From NCBI GenBank assembly GCA_018674175.1, contig JABHAT010000016.1:1463-65462 (forward strand): a stretch of 64,000 nucleotides of DNA, given 5' to 3'. The position numbers were made by a program, and so were the translations under genes. A model generated the notes under the pieces. That model did not search any database. It was not told the origin of the DNA and saw only the letters and a program-made list of their open reading frames with translations. Below are positions 48,698 through 59,806 of the stretch, in pieces. How positions within the stretch are numbered: position 1 is the first letter of the stretch; the number at the start of each line of letters is the position of its first letter. The stretch is from Gammaproteobacteria bacterium. GTDB taxonomy: Bacteria > Pseudomonadota > Gammaproteobacteria > Poriferisulfidales > GCA-002705445.

Positions 48698-51334
48698 ATG
48701 AAAAACAGCTTTAATACAAAAACAGAAATTACATGTAGTGGTAATAAATATACTATTTTTGATATATCTAAAATACCTGGTGTAGAAAAATTACCCTATT
48801 CAATAAAAATATTATTAGAAAATTTAGTCAGAAATGAAGATGATCTAACAGTCACACAGAATGATATTGAATCAATTATAGATTGGCATAATCACGCCAC
48901 TAAAAAAGAGATTGCATACAGACCAGCAAGAGTTTTAATGCAAGATTTTACTGGAGTTCCTGCAGTAGTAGATTTAGCCGCAATGAGAGATGCTATAAAA
49001 AAATTAGGAAAAAATCCAGATGATATAAACCCTTTGCAGCCAGCAGAGTTAGTTATAGATCATTCTGTGCAAGTAGATAATTTTGGAAGTGATAAAGCTT
49101 TTGGATTAAATGCAAAACTTGAATATGAAAGAAACTATGAGAGATATAAATTTTTAAAATGGGGGCAATCAGCGTTTTCTAATTTTAAAGTTGTTCCGCC
49201 GGATACAGGAATTGTTCATCAAATAAATATAGAGTTCTTGGCTAGATGTATTTTTACAAAAAAAATTGACGAAATTAATTATGCATATCCAGACACAGTG
49301 GTGGGAACTGATTCTCATACCACAATGATAAATGGTATTGGGGTTCTTGGCTGGGGTGTAGGAGGAATTGAAGCAGAAGCTTCAATGCTTGGACAACCAA
49401 TTTCTATGTTAATTCCAAAAGTAGTTGGCTTTAAACTTACAGGTAAATTTTCAGAAGGAATTACAGCAACAGATCTTGTTTTAAATATTGTTGAGATGTT
49501 AAGAGTGCATGGTGTTGTTGGAAAATTTGTTGAGTTTTATGGTGATGGTTTAGATAATTTGTCTTTAGGAGATCGCGCAACAATAGCAAATATGGCTCCA
49601 GAATATGGTGCGACATGTGGAATATTTCCAATAGATGAAGAAACTATTGATTATATGAAACTATCAAATAGAGATGCCTCTCAAATTGAGTTGATAAAAA
49701 AATATTCAGAAAAAGTCGGAATGACAAGAGGTGATTGCGATAAAGCAATTTACTCTGAGAATATTGAACTTGATATATCGTCTGTCATACCATCAATCGC
49801 TGGTCCAAAAAGACCTCAAGACAGAATCAACTTAAAAGATGCCAAAGAATCCTTCATAAAAGAGCTAGCTAATATAGATCCTAAAAATCATGCATCAGAA
49901 GTTACCATTAAAGATAAAGATTTTAGTATTACTAATGGGGATATTGTAATTGCCGCTATCACCTCTTGTACAAATACATCTAACCCAGGAGTTATGATTG
50001 CTGCAGGACTTGTTGCCAAAAAAGCGAGAGCTCTAGGGTTAGAAAGAAAGCCTTGGGTAAAAACCTCATTAGCACCTGGATCAATGGTAGTTACTGAGTA
50101 TTTAAAAAATTCAAACCTTTTGGAGCCGATGGAAGAACTTGGTTTTCATAATGTTGGCTATGGTTGCGCAACATGCATAGGAAATTCTGGGCCATTAATT
50201 AAAGAAATTAGTGACGGTATAAAAGAAAATAATTTAATAGCTGCCTCTGTATTATCAGGAAATAGAAATTTTGAAGGTAGAGTTCATGCTGAAGTGAAAT
50301 TAAATTATTTAGCCTCCCCTCCACTTGTTATTGCTTATGCGATAGCAGGGTCTATGAATATTGATATTACATCTGAGTCAATTGCTACGAGTAAAGACGG
50401 TAAAGAAGTTTTTCTAAAAGATATATGGCCTTCTAATTCTGAAATAAATGATATTTTAAAATCTTCATTAACATCAGAGCAATTTAGAAAAGCTTATGCA
50501 AATATTTATGAAGGTGAAAAAGAATGGAAAGATATTGATGTTACAAAAAATAATCAATACGAATGGGATGACTCTACATATATAGCTAATCCACCCTATT
50601 TTGAAAATATGTCTGAAGAAGACATAGTCTTAGATGAAATAAAGTCTGCTAGAGTTCTTGCGTACTTAGGTGATTCTGTAACTACTGATCACATATCGCC
50701 AGCTGGAAATATTAAAGAGGATAGTCCTGCTGGAAAATATTTAATGAGTAAGAATGTAGCTCCAAATCAGTTTAATTCATATGGCTCAAGAAGAGGTAAT
50801 CATCAGGTAATGATGAGGGGTACATTTGCCAATATAAGATTAAAAAATAAGCTTGTTCCTCATATAGAAGGTGGTTACACACTTCATATGCCATCAAATA
50901 AAGAAATGGCGATTTTTGATGCTGCAATGGAATATAAAAAAGCAGCTGTGCCAACTATAATTATAGCCGGTAAAGAATATGGCAGTGGATCTTCTAGAGA
51001 TTGGGCAGCAAAAGGGCCTAAGCTTCAAGGCGTGACTGCAGTTCTTACAGAGAGTTTTGAAAGAATCCATAGATCTAACCTTGTTGGAATGGGTATACTT
51101 CCTCTTCAATTTAAAGACGGTGAAAATGCTGAGACTCATGGTTTAACTGGTGCCGAAGAATTCACTATAAGTGGAATAAAAAGTGGTGAGGCAAAAACTG
51201 TGAAAATTGAAGCAGATAATGGCAAAGAAAAAATTTCATTTGAAGTAAATGTTAGAATAGACACTCCACAAGAAATTAAATATTTTAAAAGTGGCGGGAT
51301 ATTACAATACGTTTTAAAACAAATTGCTGCTTAA
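48698..51334 (+). CDS. acnA: Aconitate hydratase A
   Basis: 878 aa. GTDSHTTMING, SCTNTSNP, GCATCIGNSGP Fe-S ligand motifs. Confidence 0.95.
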   Translation: MKNSFNTKTEITCSGNKYTIFDISKIPGVEKLPYSIKILLENLVRNEDDLTVTQNDIESIIDWHNHATKKEIAYRPARVLMQDFTGVPAVVDLAAMRDAIKKLGKNPDDINPLQPAELVIDHSVQVDNFGSDKAFGLNAKLEYERNYERYKFLKWGQSAFSNFKVVPPDTGIVHQINIEFLARCIFTKKIDEINYAYPDTVVGTDSHTTMINGIGVLGWGVGGIEAEASMLGQPISMLIPKVVGFKLTGKFSEGITATDLVLNIVEMLRVHGVVGKFVEFYGDGLDNLSLGDRATIANMAPEYGATCGIFPIDEETIDYMKLSNRDASQIELIKKYSEKVGMTRGDCDKAIYSENIELDISSVIPSIAGPKRPQDRINLKDAKESFIKELANIDPKNHASEVTIKDKDFSITNGDIVIAAITSCTNTSNPGVMIAAGLVAKKARALGLERKPWVKTSLAPGSMVVTEYLKNSNLLEPMEELGFHNVGYGCATCIGNSGPLIKEISDGIKENNLIAASVLSGNRNFEGRVHAEVKLNYLASPPLVIAYAIAGSMNIDITSESIATSKDGKEVFLKDIWPSNSEINDILKSSLTSEQFRKAYANIYEGEKEWKDIDVTKNNQYEWDDSTYIANPPYFENMSEEDIVLDEIKSARVLAYLGDSVTTDHISPAGNIKEDSPAGKYLMSKNVAPNQFNSYGSRRGNHQVMMRGTFANIRLKNKLVPHIEGGYTLHMPSNKEMAIFDAAMEYKKAAVPTIIIAGKEYGSGSSRDWAAKGPKLQGVTAVLTESFERIHRSNLVGMGILPLQFKDGENAETHGLTGAEEFTISGIKSGEAKTVKIEADNGKEKISFEVNVRIDTPQEIKYFKSGGILQYVLKQIAA

Positions 51335-51335
51335 G

Positions 51336-52727
51336 TTATTTTATGCCACCTTTTGTTAGCGCTAAAGGATCCAAAATTTTCTTCAGATCTTTTTCTGATA
51401 AATTAGTTTCTTCTAGTGCTACATCGATTATTGGTATACCTAATTTATATGCTTTCTTTGCAATGTAAGCGCCTTTTTCATAACCAATAATTCTATTCAA
51501 AGCTGTAACTAAAATAGGATTTGAGTTAACAGATTTTTGAATAATAGAATTATTTACCTCAAAGTTATTTATAGACTTTTTGGCGAGGCTAACTGAAGTA
51601 TTTGCAATTATATTCGTACTTTGAATAATATTATAAGCAATAATTGGTAAAGTCACATTCAGCTGAAAGTTACCAGACTGACCACATATCATTATTGTAG
51701 TATCGTTTCCAATTACCTGAGAACAAGCCATTATTGAAGACTCTGGTATTACAGGATTTACTTTTCCAGGCATAATACTACTTCCAGGTTGCAGAGCTTT
51801 CAAAGTAATATCTGAAATACCTGAACCAGGTCCTGAATTCATCCACCTTAAGTCGTTAGAGATCTTAATTAAAGATACTGCAATAGATTTTAGGTGTGAG
51901 CTATATAGAACAGCGTCATCTTGAGAACTCAAGCCTTCAAATTTATTTTTCTTATCTACATATTTGTATTTATTTCCGCTATTTAAAGCTATTAGAAACT
52001 CTTTTGTAAATAATTTATGTGCATTAATTCCGGTACCTACAGCAGTACCTCCTATAGGAAGTCTTTTCAATCTTTCAAGACAATTTTTTAAACTTGATAT
52101 ATTGTCATCAATTTGAGCCTTCCAACCTGATAATTCTTGACCAAAAGTTATGGGCATTGCATCCATTAAATGAGTTCTTCCTGTTTTAACTACTTTAGAT
52201 AATTTTTTTTCTTTAATACCAATTTCTTTAGATAGAATATTCAAAGATGGTAATAATTTAGTTATAGCCAAACTATATGCACAGTGATTAATTGCAGTTG
52301 GTATAACATCATTAGAACTCTGTGACATATTAACATGGTCATTAGGATGAACTTTTATTTTGAATTTATTTTTTGATAAATTTGAGATAACCTCATTTAC
52401 ATTCATATTAGTGCTTGTGCCAGATCCAGTTTGAAAAACATCTATTGGAAAATTGCTCTTGTCATACGAATCGATTAAGAATTGAGCGCTTTTTGTGATT
52501 GCAGCAGATATGTTTTTATTTAAAAGACCGAGTTTATAATTTGCTTTAGCAGCGGCTATTTTAATTAATAATATACTCACAATAAATTCTTTTGGCATAA
52601 TAAGGTCACTAACAAGAAAGTTATCTACTGCTCGTTGTGTTTGTGGCCCATATAAAGCATTTTTAGGTATTTTTACATCACCCATACTATCGCTTTCTAA
52701 TCTGTAACTAACTTTTGATTTTTTCAT
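51336..52727 (-). CDS. fumC: Class II fumarate hydratase
   Basis: 463 aa. QTGSGTSTNMN, SQSSNDV, GSSIMPGKVNP, LVTALN are FumC-type (aspartases have GGAGTS/CQSTND). KVNPVIPE and GNDTT are aspartase-like, so the call is not certain. Confidence 0.75.
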   Translation of the reverse strand: MKKSKVSYRLESDSMGDVKIPKNALYGPQTQRAVDNFLVSDLIMPKEFIVSILLIKIAAAKANYKLGLLNKNISAAITKSAQFLIDSYDKSNFPIDVFQTGSGTSTNMNVNEVISNLSKNKFKIKVHPNDHVNMSQSSNDVIPTAINHCAYSLAITKLLPSLNILSKEIGIKEKKLSKVVKTGRTHLMDAMPITFGQELSGWKAQIDDNISSLKNCLERLKRLPIGGTAVGTGINAHKLFTKEFLIALNSGNKYKYVDKKNKFEGLSSQDDAVLYSSHLKSIAVSLIKISNDLRWMNSGPGSGISDITLKALQPGSSIMPGKVNPVIPESSIMACSQVIGNDTTIMICGQSGNFQLNVTLPIIAYNIIQSTNIIANTSVSLAKKSINNFEVNNSIIQKSVNSNPILVTALNRIIGYEKGAYIAKKAYKLGIPIIDVALEETNLSEKDLKKILDPLALTKGGIK

Positions 52728-52805
52728 ATTGCAAGTCTCTTATTTAACATTATTCATATAATTATAGTATAATCTAAATGTAAATTACTACTGCAAACTT
52801 AATAA

Positions 52806-54188
52806 ATGACTAATAAAAATAATGAATTCTCTATAAAAGCAATATCACCGATAGATGGGAGATATTCATCGCAAATTGATCAAGAAATAAATAACATTAA
52901 TAGTGAGTTCGGTTTAATTAAAAAAAGACTTTATGTTGAAATAAAATGGTTTATTTTTTTATCTTCACTTAAACCTATTAAGAAAAAATTCAGCTTAAAT
53001 AAGTCTGAAAAAGATTATTTATTAAAAATTAATAAAAACTTTGGTATAAAAGACGCTTTAAAAATAAAAGATATAGAAAAAATAACAAATCATGATGTTA
53101 AGGCAGTAGAGTATTTTCTAAAAGATAAATTTGATAAACATAAAACACTAAAGAACAAAAAAGAACTAATACATTTTTGCGCAACCTCAGAAGATATTAA
53201 TAATATTTCATATGCTCTGATGTTCAATGAATCAAGAGATATTCTTATAAAAAAACTTAATGACCTCTGTAAAATTATAAAAAAATATGAAATTAAATAC
53301 GCAGATACATCAATGCTTTCACGAACTCATGGTCAAAAAGCATCGCCAACAACATTTGGTAAGGAATTAAAAGTTTTTACATCTAGAATTGATAAGCAAT
53401 CGTTATTTATGAAAAAAAGAAGCGTATTTGCAAAAATGAATGGCGCAGTAGGAAATTATAATGCTCATCATTTTGTGCTTCCAGAGATTAAATGGGATGT
53501 TGATACTAAAAAATTCCTTAAAAGCATTGGTCTTGAGCAGAATCAATTCACAACTCAAATAGAAAATCATGATTGGCTTTCTGAATCTCTTAATGACATA
53601 ACTATGATCTCAAATATACTTTTAGATTTTTCAAAAGATATGTGGATTTATATAATGCTTGATTATATTAAACAAAAAAATATTAAGTCAGAGGTTGGGT
53701 CCTCAACAATGCCGCATAAAGTTAATCCTATAAACTTTGAAAATGCTGAAGGAAACTTAGAGATTACAATTGCCCTATCACAATCTATAAGTAAAAAATT
53801 AATGTCTTCAAGACTTCAAAGAGATCTTACGGATTCAACAGTTCTAAGAAATCTAGGTGTAATATACGCACATTTTTATATATCAATTTCTTCGTTAATA
53901 AAAGGAATGAATAAAATTGATATAAACATATTAAAAATAAATGAAGATCTGAACATGAGTTGGGAAGTTTTAGCAGAACCAATAATGACAGTAATGAGAT
54001 ATCATAATGTAGATAATAGCTATGATATAATTAAACAAGCAACAAGAGGAAAAGAAATAGATCAAGATATTATAAAAGATATTATAAACAAATCAGATTT
54101 AAAAAATACAATAAAAAATAAACTGTTGAAGCTAGAGCCAAAAGATTACATTGGGTTAGCTAAAAAACTTACAACAAAGAAAAACTAA
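52806..54188 (+). CDS. purB: Adenylosuccinate lyase
   Basis: 460 aa. SSTMPHKVNPINFEN signature. Confidence 0.9.
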   Translation: MTNKNNEFSIKAISPIDGRYSSQIDQEINNINSEFGLIKKRLYVEIKWFIFLSSLKPIKKKFSLNKSEKDYLLKINKNFGIKDALKIKDIEKITNHDVKAVEYFLKDKFDKHKTLKNKKELIHFCATSEDINNISYALMFNESRDILIKKLNDLCKIIKKYEIKYADTSMLSRTHGQKASPTTFGKELKVFTSRIDKQSLFMKKRSVFAKMNGAVGNYNAHHFVLPEIKWDVDTKKFLKSIGLEQNQFTTQIENHDWLSESLNDITMISNILLDFSKDMWIYIMLDYIKQKNIKSEVGSSTMPHKVNPINFENAEGNLEITIALSQSISKKLMSSRLQRDLTDSTVLRNLGVIYAHFYISISSLIKGMNKIDINILKINEDLNMSWEVLAEPIMTVMRYHNVDNSYDIIKQATRGKEIDQDIIKDIINKSDLKNTIKNKLLKLEPKDYIGLAKKLTTKKN

Positions 54189-54191
54189 AAG

Positions 54192-55577
54192 ATGAAGTAC
54201 TGTAGCACGAGAAATTCTAAATTAGATAAAACATTTGATGAAATTATTATAGAGGGTTTAGCTCCAGATGGTGGTTTATATATGCCAAAATCTTGGCCAA
54301 AAATTGATATTGATAAAATTTTTGATAATAAAGATATTACGTATCCTCAATTAGCAACTATAATTCTTAAAAATTACGTTGGAGATACAATTTCAAATTC
54401 TGAGCTAGAAATGATTGCGAATGAAACGTACGAAGTTTTTACTAATAAAAAAATTGCTCCTTTAGTAAATCTTGAAAAAAATAAATATATACTAGAGCTT
54501 TTTCATGGTCCAACTTATGCATTTAAGGATTATCCTTTGCAGATGCTAGGAAATTTATTTCAGTATTACCTAAAGAAAAAAAATAAAAAAATTACTGTTA
54601 TAGGTGCAACATCAGGAGATACTGGTTCAGCAGCTATTGATGCATGCAAAGATAAGGATAATATAAATATATTTATTCTTCATCCTAAAAATAAAACCTC
54701 TGATATACAAAGAAAGCAAATGACTACTGTTACATCGAATAATGTATTTAATATTGCTATTGATGGAACATTTGATGATTGTCAGAATATCGTAAAAAAA
54801 ATATTTGTTTCGGATGACATAAAAAAAATAACAACTTTATCGGCTATCAACTCTATAAATTGGGCGAGAATAGCATCACAATCTGTATATTTTTTTTGGG
54901 CGTATCTACAAGCATCACAATTTAACAAGAAAGTAAATTTTATTATCCCTACTGGTAATTTTGGAAACGTCTACGCTGCTCACACAGCTGGAATCCTGGG
55001 CCTGCCTATTAATAAGCTTTATGTTGCTACAAACTCAAACGATATTATGCATAGAACTATAACTAATGGTGATATGTCACTTAAAGATGTAAAAAGTACA
55101 ATAAGTCCCAGCATGGATATTCAAATATCAAGTAATTTTGAAAGACAGTTATTTGAGTCTCTCGAATATAATTCTTCAAAATTATCAGAATTAATGAAAA
55201 CTTTTATGGAGAGTAAAGAATATAACCTAAAAGGAAAGATCCATGATGATTTAAAACTATACTATAAGTCTAAGGGTATAGATGATGAATTAACCATAAA
55301 AACTATTAAAGAATTTTACAAAAAATTTAATTATATTTCAGATCCTCATACTGCAACTAGTTTAAATATATTAAGTGAGTTAAATAATGACGATATTAAT
55401 ATAGCATTAGCATGCGCACATCCAGCTAAGTTTCCAAATTCCATAAAAGATTCTATTGATTTATTTCCTGAACAACCTAAAAAACTAGCGGATATGATGG
55501 ATTCAGACGAAAGATATATAGATCTTAAAAATAGTACTGAATTAGTTAAAAATTATATAATAAAAAGCATATCATAA
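54192..55577 (+). CDS. thrC: Threonine synthase
   Basis: 461 aa. MKYCSTRN...GLAPDGGLYMP and HGPTYAFKD (PLP Lys). Confidence 0.9.
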   Translation: MKYCSTRNSKLDKTFDEIIIEGLAPDGGLYMPKSWPKIDIDKIFDNKDITYPQLATIILKNYVGDTISNSELEMIANETYEVFTNKKIAPLVNLEKNKYILELFHGPTYAFKDYPLQMLGNLFQYYLKKKNKKITVIGATSGDTGSAAIDACKDKDNINIFILHPKNKTSDIQRKQMTTVTSNNVFNIAIDGTFDDCQNIVKKIFVSDDIKKITTLSAINSINWARIASQSVYFFWAYLQASQFNKKVNFIIPTGNFGNVYAAHTAGILGLPINKLYVATNSNDIMHRTITNGDMSLKDVKSTISPSMDIQISSNFERQLFESLEYNSSKLSELMKTFMESKEYNLKGKIHDDLKLYYKSKGIDDELTIKTIKEFYKKFNYISDPHTATSLNILSELNNDDINIALACAHPAKFPNSIKDSIDLFPEQPKKLADMMDSDERYIDLKNSTELVKNYIIKSIS

Positions 55578-55578
55578 A

Positions 55579-56898
55579 TTAGGACTCTAACTCTTCTATT
55601 CTTATTTTAATAATCTTACCTTTAACAACCTCTAGTTTCTCTATGTCTTTCAAAGCATCTATAATATTTTTTTCAATTACTTCGTGAGTAACTAGTACTA
55701 TTGGAACATTTTCATCATTAACCAAATCTTCTTTCTGAAGAATTGACTCTATACTGATGGACTTTCTTCCAAAAATCTTTGTTATGTCTGCTAATACTCC
55801 AGGTTTATTTTTTACTCTTATTCTTAGGTAATACCTTGATTCAATCTCATTAATATCTAATATTTTTTTGTTTTGCAGTTCATTTCTTTGATAGCTTAAT
55901 AATGGAACACTATTATTTGATTTTGATAATATTTTTCTAGATATATCTATAATATCAGAAACAACTGATGATGCTGTTGCTAAACTTCCAGCCCCTGCTC
56001 CATAATATAAAGTTGGTCCAGCAGCATCAGAGGAAACTACTACTGCATTCTTTACGCCGTCAACATTAGCTATTAATCTTGCTTTAGGTATTAGACATGA
56101 ATGAACTCTTAATTCGATACCATCATTATTTTTTCTACCTATAGCTAAATGCTTAATAGCATACCCAAGTTCCTTAGCATAATTTAGATCATCAAGTTCA
56201 ATATCCTCAATACCTTCTATATAAATTGCTTCAAAATTAAGTGGAATACCAAAACATATTGAAGATAATATGGTTAATTTATGAGCAGCATCAATACCAC
56301 CGACATCAAAGGCTGGGTCAGCTTCTGCATAACCCAAGTCTTGAGCATCCTTTAATACATCATTAAAATCTTTTTTAGATTTTAACATTTCTGTTAAAAT
56401 ATAATTTGTTGTGCCATTTATTATTCCTGCAATCCATTCAATTTCATTGGCATTTAATGATTCTCTAATAACTTTTATTATCGGCACTGCTCCGGCAACT
56501 GATGCTTCATAAGCAACATCACAACCTTCTTTATTTGAAATCTCAGATATCTCATTTCCATGAAGCGCAATCAGAGCTTTGTTCGCTGTAACGATGTGTA
56601 TTTTTTTTTCTAAAGCTTCTATAACTAGTTCTTTTGCTACGAGTTCTCCCCCGATCAACTCTATGAGGATATCAATACTTTCGTTACGTATCATTTCTAA
56701 TGGATTTGTATAAAAATTTAAACCCTCTATATTACAGTTTCTTTTTTTACTTTTGCTACTTGCTGAAACGCACACTATAGAAATTTCGAAGCCAGATCTT
56801 TTTAATATCTCTGCTTTATTTTTTTCTAAAAGATTTATAACTCCACTTCCAACTGTTCCAAGGCCAGCTATACCAATTTTTATTTTATTATTATTCAT
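55579..56898 (-). CDS. hom: Homoserine dehydrogenase
   Basis: 439 aa. GIAGLGTVGSG, GIINGTTNYIL, C-terminal ACT-like domain. Confidence 0.9.
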   Translation of the reverse strand: MNNNKIKIGIAGLGTVGSGVINLLEKNKAEILKRSGFEISIVCVSASSKSKKRNCNIEGLNFYTNPLEMIRNESIDILIELIGGELVAKELVIEALEKKIHIVTANKALIALHGNEISEISNKEGCDVAYEASVAGAVPIIKVIRESLNANEIEWIAGIINGTTNYILTEMLKSKKDFNDVLKDAQDLGYAEADPAFDVGGIDAAHKLTILSSICFGIPLNFEAIYIEGIEDIELDDLNYAKELGYAIKHLAIGRKNNDGIELRVHSCLIPKARLIANVDGVKNAVVVSSDAAGPTLYYGAGAGSLATASSVVSDIIDISRKILSKSNNSVPLLSYQRNELQNKKILDINEIESRYYLRIRVKNKPGVLADITKIFGRKSISIESILQKEDLVNDENVPIVLVTHEVIEKNIIDALKDIEKLEVVKGKIIKIRIEELES

Positions 56899-56907
56899 AG
56901 CGATGTA

Positions 56908-58080
56908 TTATATAATACTTTTCAAACTTCTGACAGCTTGCTTAGTTCTTTGTTCATTTTCTATTAAACTAAACCTTACAAAATTATCACCATGTTTTCC
57001 AAAACCAATTCCAGGAGAAACTGCTACATTAGTTTCTGACAACAACATTTTACTAAATTCAAGTGATCCTAAATCTTTATATTTTTCAGGTATTTCACTC
57101 CAAACAAACATTGTAGCCTTAGGTGGAGTCACCGGCCACCCAATGCTATTAAGGCCTTTGCACAAGGCATCTCTTCTATTCTTATACATCATTCTTATAT
57201 CTTCAACGCAGTCTTGAGAACCCTCAAGTGCTGCTATAGCTCCAACTTGCAGGGGTGTATAAGTACCATAATCCATATAAGACTTAATCCTTGATAAAGC
57301 GTCAACCAACTTACTATTTCCACACATAAAACCAATTCTCCATCCAGGCATATTATAAGACTTTGATAGAGTATAAAATTCAACTGCAATATCTTTAGCT
57401 CCATCTACCTGCAGAATTGATGGAGCTCTATAACCATCAAAAACTATATCAGCATAAGCGATATCGTGAACAAGATAGATATTATATTTTTTTGCAATTC
57501 TAACTAATTCCTTTAAAAAATTAATATCTACACATTTTGTCGTTGGGTTTGAAGGAAAATTAGCAATAATCATTTTAGGTGTAGGCCAAGAATTATTAAT
57601 CGCTGTATCAAGAGAACTAAAAAAAATATCACTATCATCCTCTACTTTGATATAAATAATTTCAGCACCAGCGATTACGGCTCCATATGGATGAATAGGA
57701 TATGCTGGACTTGGAACAATGACAGAATCTCCATTATTAAGTGTGGCTAAAGCTAAATGTGCAAGCCCCTCTTTTGATCCAATTGTTACTATAGCCTCTT
57801 CTTCTGGATCTATAGATACATTAAATTTTTCTTCGTACCAATTAGAAATCGCTTTCCTTAATCTTGGAATGCCTTTTGAGCTAGAGTATCTATGAACACT
57901 TTCTTTGTCAGAACACTCTTGCATCTTCTTTATTATATGCTCAGGTGTTTTTTGATCAGGATTACCCATACCAAAATCAATAATATCATCACCATTTTTT
58001 CTTGCTAAAACTTTAAGCTCATTTACAATATTAAAAATATAAGGTGGTAGTCTGTTGATTCTATAAAATTCTTCTGCCAT
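56908..58080 (-). CDS. PLP-dependent aminotransferase, class I (AlaC-like)
   Basis: 390 aa. SNPTT, YADIVFDG, LSKSYNMPGWRIG (PLP Lys). Upstream of hom, as in many proteobacteria. Confidence 0.8.
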   Translation of the reverse strand: MAEEFYRINRLPPYIFNIVNELKVLARKNGDDIIDFGMGNPDQKTPEHIIKKMQECSDKESVHRYSSSKGIPRLRKAISNWYEEKFNVSIDPEEEAIVTIGSKEGLAHLALATLNNGDSVIVPSPAYPIHPYGAVIAGAEIIYIKVEDDSDIFFSSLDTAINNSWPTPKMIIANFPSNPTTKCVDINFLKELVRIAKKYNIYLVHDIAYADIVFDGYRAPSILQVDGAKDIAVEFYTLSKSYNMPGWRIGFMCGNSKLVDALSRIKSYMDYGTYTPLQVGAIAALEGSQDCVEDIRMMYKNRRDALCKGLNSIGWPVTPPKATMFVWSEIPEKYKDLGSLEFSKMLLSETNVAVSPGIGFGKHGDNFVRFSLIENEQRTKQAVRSLKSII

Positions 58081-58123
58081 TATGAAGTAACTATTTAAAA
58101 TTTAATTATGTTATATTATTAAA

Positions 58124-58495
58124 ATGCAATTTAATGAACAAATTTTAGAAAAAAATTCTAATGTTATTAAATCTTACACGTCATCATCTGTAACAGTGGT
58201 TGACAAAAAATATAACTATAATGTAATAGTTCCTCCTGAAAAATCTATTGTTAAATGCGCCGTAAATATAAAAAATTTTAAAAAAGTATCTATTGTAGAG
58301 AATCTAGACAACAATATAAAATTTGTAATAATAGCTTTAAATAATACAGGTTGCTTAAACAAAACACCAATTATTTCAGAATTGAATAAGTTGGGCATAG
58401 GTGCTGAAATTATGAATATAGGCTCTGCTTGCAGCTCACATAACATTTTACTTTCTGAGAAAAGAAATTTTTTAAGTTTTTTTCTTTTTGAATAA
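58124..58495 (+). CDS. Mth938-like/DUF498 protein
   Basis: 123 aa. C-terminal GIGAEIMNIGSACSSHNILLSEKRNF aligns to the DUF498 consensus (GIGVEVM...AACRTYNIL..EGR). Confidence 0.55.
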   Translation: MQFNEQILEKNSNVIKSYTSSSVTVVDKKYNYNVIVPPEKSIVKCAVNIKNFKKVSIVENLDNNIKFVIIALNNTGCLNKTPIISELNKLGIGAEIMNIGSACSSHNILLSEKRNFLSFFLFE

Positions 58496-58496
58496 G

Positions 58497-59228
58497 CTAT
58501 GGAATATACTTCTCTGGGTCCACTGATTTTCCATTTTTTCTAACTTGAAAGTGCAGTATAGGCTTTATAGAGTCTGTATTGCCAAGATTAGCTATTACTT
58601 GCCCCTTAGCTACAGAGTTATTCTCTTTTACTAATATTTTACTAGTATGAGCATAGGCTGTAAGAAAAGAATCATTATGCTTTATAATTATAAGATTTCC
58701 ATAACCTTTTATACCATTGCCCGTGTAAACTACTACGCCATCAGACGCAGAATAAATCTCATCACCGATATTACCTGATATATCTATACCTTTTTTACCA
58801 ATATCACTATAAGAAAATTTCTTAGAAACTAATCCATTATGAGGTCTAGACCAACTAAGGTTACTTTTATATTTTATTTTTTCTTTTTTTGAGTTATCTT
58901 TTTTTCTAAATTTATTAGATTTAATTACAATTTCATCACCAACGGATATTTTATAAGGTTTATCAATATTATTCCATTTTGCAATTTTTTTATAACTGAC
59001 ATCATATAAAAAAGAAATTGAAGATAATGAGTCTCCCTCTTTAACAATATAAATATCACCAGACTCTTCTGCCTGTCTAGACTTTAAACCGTAGGTAAAA
59101 TAAACTCTTTCTTTTCTTGGTTCTTTTTTTGGAAATTTTTTTTTCGATGAATGATTATGTATTTTTGTACACCCAGTTATTATCAATAATAATATTAAAT
59201 AAAGTACAAAAAAATTATTTTTAATCAT
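58497..59228 (-). CDS. nlpD: LysM + degenerate LytM(M23) lipoprotein, NlpD-like amidase activator
   Basis: 243 aa. Lipobox LIITGC, LysM YIVKEGDSLSSISFLYDVSYKKIAKWNNI, and an M23 domain. The metal ligands are degenerate: KGIDIS instead of HxGxD, and PILHFQV instead of HLHFE. Confidence 0.8.
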   Translation of the reverse strand: MIKNNFFVLYLILLLIITGCTKIHNHSSKKKFPKKEPRKERVYFTYGLKSRQAEESGDIYIVKEGDSLSSISFLYDVSYKKIAKWNNIDKPYKISVGDEIVIKSNKFRKKDNSKKEKIKYKSNLSWSRPHNGLVSKKFSYSDIGKKGIDISGNIGDEIYSASDGVVVYTGNGIKGYGNLIIIKHNDSFLTAYAHTSKILVKENNSVAKGQVIANLGNTDSIKPILHFQVRKNGKSVDPEKYIP

Positions 59229-59233
59229 GGTTT

Positions 59234-59802
<569 letters not shown>

Positions 59803-59806
<4 letters not shown>

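Noticed and set aside
51336-52727. Aspartate ammonia-lyase instead of fumarase (KVNPVIPE and GNDTT are aspartase-like).
   Set aside because: QTGSGT, SQSSND, GNFQLNV and LVTALN..GY match FumC at the discriminating positions. The call is kept as fumC with reduced confidence.
56753-57217. 154-aa plus-strand ORF spanning the hom start and the aminotransferase end. There are many similar 60-110 aa track ORFs, e.g. 15440-15769, 43017-43491, 45305-46111, 60574-60909, 63342-63671, 8346-8594, 9090-9377.
   Set aside because: All lie antisense inside strongly supported conserved genes. They have low-complexity Ser/Leu/Ile/Phe-rich translations and no start context. They are the expected by-product of AT-rich coding DNA.
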